Shown here: in pieces, positions 36,841-41,712 of the stretch
How the letters are laid out: every line of letters begins with the position of its first letter
Position numbering within the stretch: the stretch's first letter is position 1
Origin: a virus
Taxonomy: Duplodnaviria; Caudoviricetes
Virus record (IMG/VR): IMGVR_UViG_3300042861_001875
Span: 1-41,712 of that record
Reading direction: 5' to 3' (one strand)
DNA: 41,712 bases
Notes under the pieces: generated by a model
The model's database searches: none
Seen by the model: the letters and a program-made list of their open reading frames with translations, nothing else
What the model was told of the DNA's origin: nothing
Program-made: the position numbers and the translations under genes

Positions 36841-37340
36841 TGCAAATCTACGCTTTGAACGGCTACCTTTATCCGATCGAGCCGCGGCTAAAACCCGCCC
36901 TGGCGGATTACGTTGTGCAATTTCCATATCACGCAAACTGGACCCCAAGACGGGCAGAGGCATTATCGGCGACGATTCGGAGCCCCTGCATCCTGATCGG
37001 ATTTTCCGACGGGGCCGACGCGGCGGCTAGGATCGCGAAATCGAACCAGAATGTTAAAGCCCTGTTTTTTCACTCTGGATTAGACAGCGGGTTAAAACTC
37101 CCCGATTCGGTCGATTTTGTCGCGTATCGAACGACCGGCGATCGTACACCGACCTACCAGCAAACCAAGCGGTTTTACTGGCGGCAGAGAGACGGGGCGA
37201 TGGTCGAACTTGCTCCCGTTGAGTTTGACAATCCGACCCGATTTGAGCGGACGTTCTTGAATCCGCTTGGCCATCAGTTTCACAACGCGATCCCGCATTT
37301 AGTTTCGGCGATCGGGGAGGTCATGAAAAAATGGTCCTAG
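36840..37340 (+). CDS. Minimal alpha/beta-hydrolase-like protein
   Basis: TAATG coupling; ILIGFSDGA nucleophile elbow; TGD; GHQF. Confidence 0.55.
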   Translation: MQIYALNGYLYPIEPRLKPALADYVVQFPYHANWTPRRAEALSATIRSPCILIGFSDGADAAARIAKSNQNVKALFFHSGLDSGLKLPDSVDFVAYRTTGDRTPTYQQTKRFYWRQRDGAMVELAPVEFDNPTRFERTFLNPLGHQFHNAIPHLVSAIGEVMKKWS

Positions 37341-38128
37341 ACTCGAAATTCAAAATTCTGGTTGACCATTTTGGGATTCTTGATCCCGAAGATTGGCAGG
37401 CGATCCGGCCGGCGGAAATATCGGCCGTTCCGTCTATCGGTCCATCGACGCTGAATCATCTTCGAGTGATGCTGGCGAACCGAGGGCTAACCCTCCTGGG
37501 GGATCGGACCCCCGAACACTGGCAAGCGGAACTTGGACTGAAACGAGGGGCGACGGAGATATCGCAAACCGATAATGCGATCGCTTCGGAGTTTCGAATT
37601 TTGATCGACACAAGAGAACAAAATCCGTTCACCTTTGCAGGAATTAAGGCCGACGCCCGCCAGGGTGGAAAACCCATCCTGGTAGCTACAGAGCGGGCTA
37701 CGCTTGGCGAATCACACGGGGATTACACCGTTCCCGAACTGATCGACTACTGCCACGTCGAGCGGAAAAGCCGCGAGGACGCATGGGGGACGGTACTCGG
37801 TTGGGGTGATCGCCGGGAAGCATTTCAGCGGACGCTTGAGTATTTAGCAGAGATCCCGGTTGGGCTCGTCGTCGTTGAAGCGACGTGGGGCGATTGCCTA
37901 AATAACATGCCCGAACACGGCACCCGTACAAAATCTAGTAACCAGAAGATTTTCAATCGGCAAGTGTTAGCATGGGGCCAAGATTACGGCGTCCAGTGGC
38001 ATTTTTTTGACGATAGACGACTGGCCGAAGTCAATACGTTTCGAATCCTCGAACGACAATGGAGGAAGCAAAAAGAAGCACAGAAAAGAGCACAAAAAGA
38101 AGCAAGCGAAACCGATTACGAACTATAG
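37331..38128 (+). CDS. ERCC4-domain nuclease with N-terminal HhH
   Basis: ILIDTREQNPF, GDY, VERKS, VVVEA; VPSIGPST HhH-like motif. Confidence 0.85.
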   Translation: MVLDSKFKILVDHFGILDPEDWQAIRPAEISAVPSIGPSTLNHLRVMLANRGLTLLGDRTPEHWQAELGLKRGATEISQTDNAIASEFRILIDTREQNPFTFAGIKADARQGGKPILVATERATLGESHGDYTVPELIDYCHVERKSREDAWGTVLGWGDRREAFQRTLEYLAEIPVGLVVVEATWGDCLNNMPEHGTRTKSSNQKIFNRQVLAWGQDYGVQWHFFDDRRLAEVNTFRILERQWRKQKEAQKRAQKEASETDYEL

Positions 38129-38157
38129 ACCGAATCCCTCACACAAAAGCCCAAACG

Positions 38158-39954
38158 ATGAAACGAACGTTACAGCCAGGAAAGATTGTCAAGTCACAAG
38201 CCCCGCAAGTGGAGCCGGCCGCCGAAGCGAAACCCGAAGCAAAGCCCGAAGCGAATACCAAACCGGCGGCCGTCGGCGTCAATTTCTTAGACGAAATCTA
38301 CAGCGATCAGAAGTTGATTTTGAGCCTGCAAACGAAGATAGCCGGGTTGGTTGAGCAGATCGAAACCACGAAAACCCAGTTATCAGAGGCAATGACGAAA
38401 CAGGCCCGATTCCTTCGCTCTCTTCCAGCCGCGGTAATTGCGGCTCACGAAGGCCGAAGCGTCGAGGACGTTCAGCAGGAGATCGACGGCGCGGTGATGG
38501 ATGGCGCCAGAAGTCGACATCCAGAAGCGGTCATTTATCGCGGTGTAACGATCAGGGGCGAGGGATCGATAATCGGCACGGCGATAGAATCCGGCGAACC
38601 CGATGAACTCATCAAGATTGCCATCCCGCCGCCGATCGTCGTTACCGAATCGGAACCTGCCGGCGGGCCAGTTGTCGCCAAACCGGCGGCCGATACCGCG
38701 ATCGTCAGCAGCACCGAACCCCACCCGGAAGGCTGGAACGAAATTCCGACGCAATCGATTCTAGCCGATGTTCGCGGGTTAGGCCCGAATCGGATTGACT
38801 TCATTGTCGAGAAATTTCCGAAGCTTTCCGACCTGCACAACTCGCGAGTTTTGGCCGAGTCGCAAAGCCGATTTTGGTACAACGAATTTCCGAAGGGAAC
38901 CGGAAAAAACATCGTCGCCCGAATTGCGGAATTGATGGACCAGCTTAAGGCCAAGCAGGATGAACCAGAGGCCGAGACCGCCGATGTTTTGATCGACGAA
39001 TCGGCCGCGGAATCACCAAAGGCCGATTCCCCGCACGTCCGGCGGGTCAAATCGGTTTACAAGTCGGTTATGTCCGATCCGAGTTTTGAGTCACTTTCCG
39101 GCGGCGAAAGTGACCTGCCGTGGGTTGCCGGCTGGGATGCGGCGATCGATGGCTATGATTACACGCAATGTCCCGAGGAATTGGGGATTGCCGAGGTAAC
39201 GGCATGGATCAAAGGGTGGGCGTGCTGGTATGAGCACGAAAAACCGAAGCTTGAATCGGTCGAAGCGGCCGAGCAAGGCAAGGTTACCGCGGAAGTTACC
39301 GACGAAGTTACCGCGGAGGTTACCAAACTGTTATTTGAACCGGTTGCCGAAGCCGATCCTGACCAAGACCTGATCGAACACCGGGCGTTTATCGTTCGGA
39401 CGATGGGATGGCTTCGCGAAAATCAGGGAGAAATCGGGAAACGTTCGGCAAATGACCCTGCGTGGTGGGATCGTGGTTACGCGGCGTTTGCAAAGAACGA
39501 AAGCTTCTACACTTGCCCCGATGCTGAATTGCCGGGCTACGATTTCGAAATCGACGAAATCGACCAAATCGACTGGATCCGCGGGTGGGTTGCCGGGCAG
39601 ATCGACCAAATCGACTGGATCCGCGGGCGGGTTGCCGGGCAGATGGAGCAAGCGGCTAAGGTCGATGAGGTTACCGATGAGGTTACCACGGAGGTTACCA
39701 CGGAGGTTACCGACGAATCGCCGATACTGTCTTTTGATCAGAAGAAAGCGACCGCCTACAGCCAAGCGTCAAGCGATTTGTCACCGCGACGGCCGAAGGT
39801 CAGCAAAAAAGCCTACACCGACGGGTATTCGGCCGCACTTCGCGGTATCGAGTCGCCCGATCCGGCTCAATACGAGGATAGCGAATCGATCCCGCAGCTA
39901 GCGGATTGGTATCGTGGGTGGCTCGACGGTCGCGAGCTTGACGCGGACCTATAA
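38158..39954 (+). CDS. Large acidic protein with three RMF-like motifs
   Basis: Coiled coil; HhH-like VRGLGPNR; three G(Y/W)xA...CP...WxxGW-like units; VT(D/A/T)E repeats. Confidence 0.65.
   Translation: MKRTLQPGKIVKSQAPQVEPAAEAKPEAKPEANTKPAAVGVNFLDEIYSDQKLILSLQTKIAGLVEQIETTKTQLSEAMTKQARFLRSLPAAVIAAHEGRSVEDVQQEIDGAVMDGARSRHPEAVIYRGVTIRGEGSIIGTAIESGEPDELIKIAIPPPIVVTESEPAGGPVVAKPAADTAIVSSTEPHPEGWNEIPTQSILADVRGLGPNRIDFIVEKFPKLSDLHNSRVLAESQSRFWYNEFPKGTGKNIVARIAELMDQLKAKQDEPEAETADVLIDESAAESPKADSPHVRRVKSVYKSVMSDPSFESLSGGESDLPWVAGWDAAIDGYDYTQCPEELGIAEVTAWIKGWACWYEHEKPKLESVEAAEQGKVTAEVTDEVTAEVTKLLFEPVAEADPDQDLIEHRAFIVRTMGWLRENQGEIGKRSANDPAWWDRGYAAFAKNESFYTCPDAELPGYDFEIDEIDQIDWIRGWVAGQIDQIDWIRGRVAGQMEQAAKVDEVTDEVTTEVTTEVTDESPILSFDQKKATAYSQASSDLSPRRPKVSKKAYTDGYSAALRGIESPDPAQYEDSESIPQLADWYRGWLDGRELDADL
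39559..39642 (+). repeat. 42-bp in-frame tandem duplication
   Basis: ATCGACCAAATCGACTGGATCCGCGGGYGGGTTGCCGGGCAG twice, one mismatch. Confidence 0.9.
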
Positions 39955-39977
39955 CCCGGCCAATCGGAGGTCGGGCT

Positions 39978-40712
39978 ATGGCGAAGTATGAAATCAAAGC
40001 GCTCAAGGCCGCGGCCCTGGGCGCTTGGCCAGCGATCGTTGAGCGGGTCGGTGGGATATCCGACGACTACTTGGCGAATCGGCACGGCCCTTGCCCGCGG
40101 TGCGGCGGGAATACGCGGTTCCGGGTGTTCGAAGATTTTGACCAGACAGGCGGCGCGGTGTGCTCTCATTGCGGGAAATTCGGCGACGGTATCGCGCTCG
40201 TCCAGTGGGCGACCGGCCAGAGCTTTTTACAAACGGTGGAAGCGATCGGGGATTTTCTGGGGGTCGCACCGGCAGGGAAGACTGCCAGGGGTGGTTCAAC
40301 AAAGACGAAACCGGCCGAGACGGCTGGGAAATTGACGAAGGAACCGAAAAGGGAAGCGACAAAGGAAAAAGAGCCTGATGAAGCCCCGAAAACGGGCCAG
40401 GACGAGACGAAAGCCGATCCGATGCGGAATATCCAGTGGGTCGGATGGAATCACCCCCTGGTAGCATTCTGGTGTTTTAGAAAGGGGCTAGCGATTGAAT
40501 CGCTTCCGGCGGGGTCGAGACTTTGCACCTATCGCAAGCGGTACACCTGCCTTGCGGTTCCGGCGAGGTCGATCGGTGGGGACGTGTGCGCGTGGTTGGT
40601 TTATGAGATCGGCGGGGGGCGTCTCCCGCATTTTGAAAAAGGGTCAAAAGAGGTAGCGGAATGGTTAAAAGTGAAAATAATCAAGGTGAAATTCGAAGGT
40701 TTGCAAATGTAG
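39978..40712 (+). CDS. Primase zinc-binding domain protein (N-terminal half of a P4-type primase)
   Basis: HGPCPRCGGNTRFRVF...AVCSHCGKFGDGIALVQW...VEAIGDFLG; GGAGG RBS; ends before any Toprim motif. Confidence 0.82.
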   Translation: MAKYEIKALKAAALGAWPAIVERVGGISDDYLANRHGPCPRCGGNTRFRVFEDFDQTGGAVCSHCGKFGDGIALVQWATGQSFLQTVEAIGDFLGVAPAGKTARGGSTKTKPAETAGKLTKEPKREATKEKEPDEAPKTGQDETKADPMRNIQWVGWNHPLVAFWCFRKGLAIESLPAGSRLCTYRKRYTCLAVPARSIGGDVCAWLVYEIGGGRLPHFEKGSKEVAEWLKVKIIKVKFEGLQM

Positions 40713-40960
40713 ACGGATTTGATGAATGGCACGAATTCTCGGGATTAACTTATGTTGAAACCGCTAAAATGGCGGTTCGGAAAGAGCTTGAAAGGCTACG
40801 CTCCGACAGGGCGTGCATTTGGTTTTCTAACCTTCGCTTCAAAGGTTTTTCAACTTTCGTCCTTGTTCGCGATTATGACGAATTTGAATATCGCAGTATC
40901 AAGGTAACCGTCTCGCTCAAATTCGAGTTTTCTACTCGTCCACCGGAGGCGAACGAATGA
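40661..40960 (+). CDS. Hypothetical protein
   Basis: GAGG RBS; ATGA-coupled to the next gene. Confidence 0.5.
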   Translation: MVKSENNQGEIRRFANVDGFDEWHEFSGLTYVETAKMAVRKELERLRSDRACIWFSNLRFKGFSTFVLVRDYDEFEYRSIKVTVSLKFEFSTRPPEANE

Positions 40961-41298
40961 ATCTCGACATCGACGCCCCGTTTTTAAAGATCGGAAACGC
41001 AACGCTCAAACGGGTTGCGAACGACGACTTACTTACCGAATGGGAAGTATGGGAAGGAACCGAGGAAATCGGGGCGATCCACATTGTCGACGGAACGCTG
41101 TTGGCCAAGAAGGTTAATTCCTACGGCGACCTGCTTTACATGGTGACAGGATTGTCAGGTTGGCGACGAATCGACCCCGCATTTATGCGTGACCGGATCG
41201 TCGGCGGTCTAATCGCAATTTTTGCAGCGAACGGGATTTTGTGGCGTGAAAACCGATCGACGATTGACTCCACTTTTACAGCGGCGATTCAACCTTGA
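40957..41298 (+). CDS. Hypothetical protein
   Basis: GGAGG RBS. Confidence 0.6.
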   Translation: MNLDIDAPFLKIGNATLKRVANDDLLTEWEVWEGTEEIGAIHIVDGTLLAKKVNSYGDLLYMVTGLSGWRRIDPAFMRDRIVGGLIAIFAANGILWRENRSTIDSTFTAAIQP

Positions 41299-41329
41299 AA
41301 ACTGAATCGTGATTCATTATTGTAAAATC

Positions 41330-41401
41330 GGATCGGTGGACTAGCGAGGATCAAGTCGCCCCGTGACCGGGGAAACGCAGGTTCGAATCCTGCCCGATCT
41401 A
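41330..41401 (+). tRNA. tRNA-like element with 4-nt anticodon loop (pseudo-tRNA or mimic)
   Basis: Acceptor GGATCGG/CCGATCT; D-stem GACT/AGTC; CCCCG-TGAC-CGGGG; T-arm GCAGG-TTCGAAT-CCTGC; no encoded CCA. Confidence 0.7.
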
Positions 41402-41424
41402 TTGCCATTGTTTGGAATTGAAAA

Positions 41425-41712
41425 ATGAACCTGAATGATTACGCGAAAGAATCCCACAAAGCTAACCGGCAATGGTGGATCGATATCAAAACCGGCCAGC
41501 CCATTCAACGAAATAAGGCCGAACAGCTTTGTCTGATCCACAGCGAAATCAGCGAGTGCCTGGAAGGCGTCCGCAAGGATCGGATGGACGATCATTTACC
41601 GAATCGAAAAATGGAAGAGGTCGAACTAGCGGACGCTCTGATTAGGATTTTCGACTACGCGGGCGGGCACGGGCTGGACCTGGAAGGGGCATATCGAGAA
41701 AAAAACGGCTTA
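41425..41712 (+). CDS. MazG-like nucleotide pyrophosphohydrolase, partial
   Basis: Not in the ORF track (runs off the window); LCLIHSEISECLEGVRKD...EEVELADALIRIFDYAG. Confidence 0.82.
   Translation, partial: MNLNDYAKESHKANRQWWIDIKTGQPIQRNKAEQLCLIHSEISECLEGVRKDRMDDHLPNRKMEEVELADALIRIFDYAGGHGLDLEGAYREKNGL

Noticed and set aside
27738-40706. Inverted 9-bp core GGTTTGCAA at both primase-half junctions (27738-27746, 40698-40706), suggesting an invertible 13-kb segment that rejoins the primase
   Set aside because: Crossover in the core gives an out-of-frame fusion that soon stops; no recombinase in the window; both halves have their own RBS. Could be chance or an old scar.
34201-40712. Intein in RecD2 or split intein in the primase halves
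   Set aside because: No intein N-terminal block or C-terminal HN-(C/S/T) motif at the insert or junctions
1-41712. Frequent CGATCG/GATC
   Set aside because: Looks like a general compositional bias and was not quantified; no positional pattern seen

Overview
A 41.7 kb segment of a tailed dsDNA phage (or prophage) genome. The host is probably a planctomycete, inferred from the planctomycete-type cytochrome c proteins. Two arms diverge at about 28.1-28.3 kb. The left arm (- strand), in transcription order, carries: a Toprim/D5 primase-helicase, a thermonuclease, an iteron-rich origin candidate (23.3-23.75 kb), two duplicated promoter/hairpin early cassettes, an operon of exported proteins (two CxxCH heme-c proteins and an MMP-like matrixin zymogen), terminase, DUF935-type portal, virion proteins (LamG), an InPase-domain protein, and a >1,690-aa polyvalent protein with an adenine methyltransferase. 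That last ORF runs off the window and is missing from the ORF track. The right arm (+ strand) carries: GNAT, 3'-5' exonuclease, RecT-like annealase with a candidate -1 frameshift, SSB-like protein, DNA methyltransferase, RecD2-like helicase, ERCC4 nuclease, an RMF-like repeat protein, a stand-alone primase zinc-finger half, a tRNA-like element with a 4-nt anticodon loop, and a MazG-like gene. No integrase, repressor, major capsid or peptidoglycan hydrolase is recognisable in the window. The most unusual signals are the heme-c/matrixin export operon, the leader-partitioned polyprotein, a dispersed RCTRCCAGGR motif (at least 24 copies of its core), the split primase and the anticodon-less tRNA mimic. 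All family calls come from motif recognition by eye; no searches were run.
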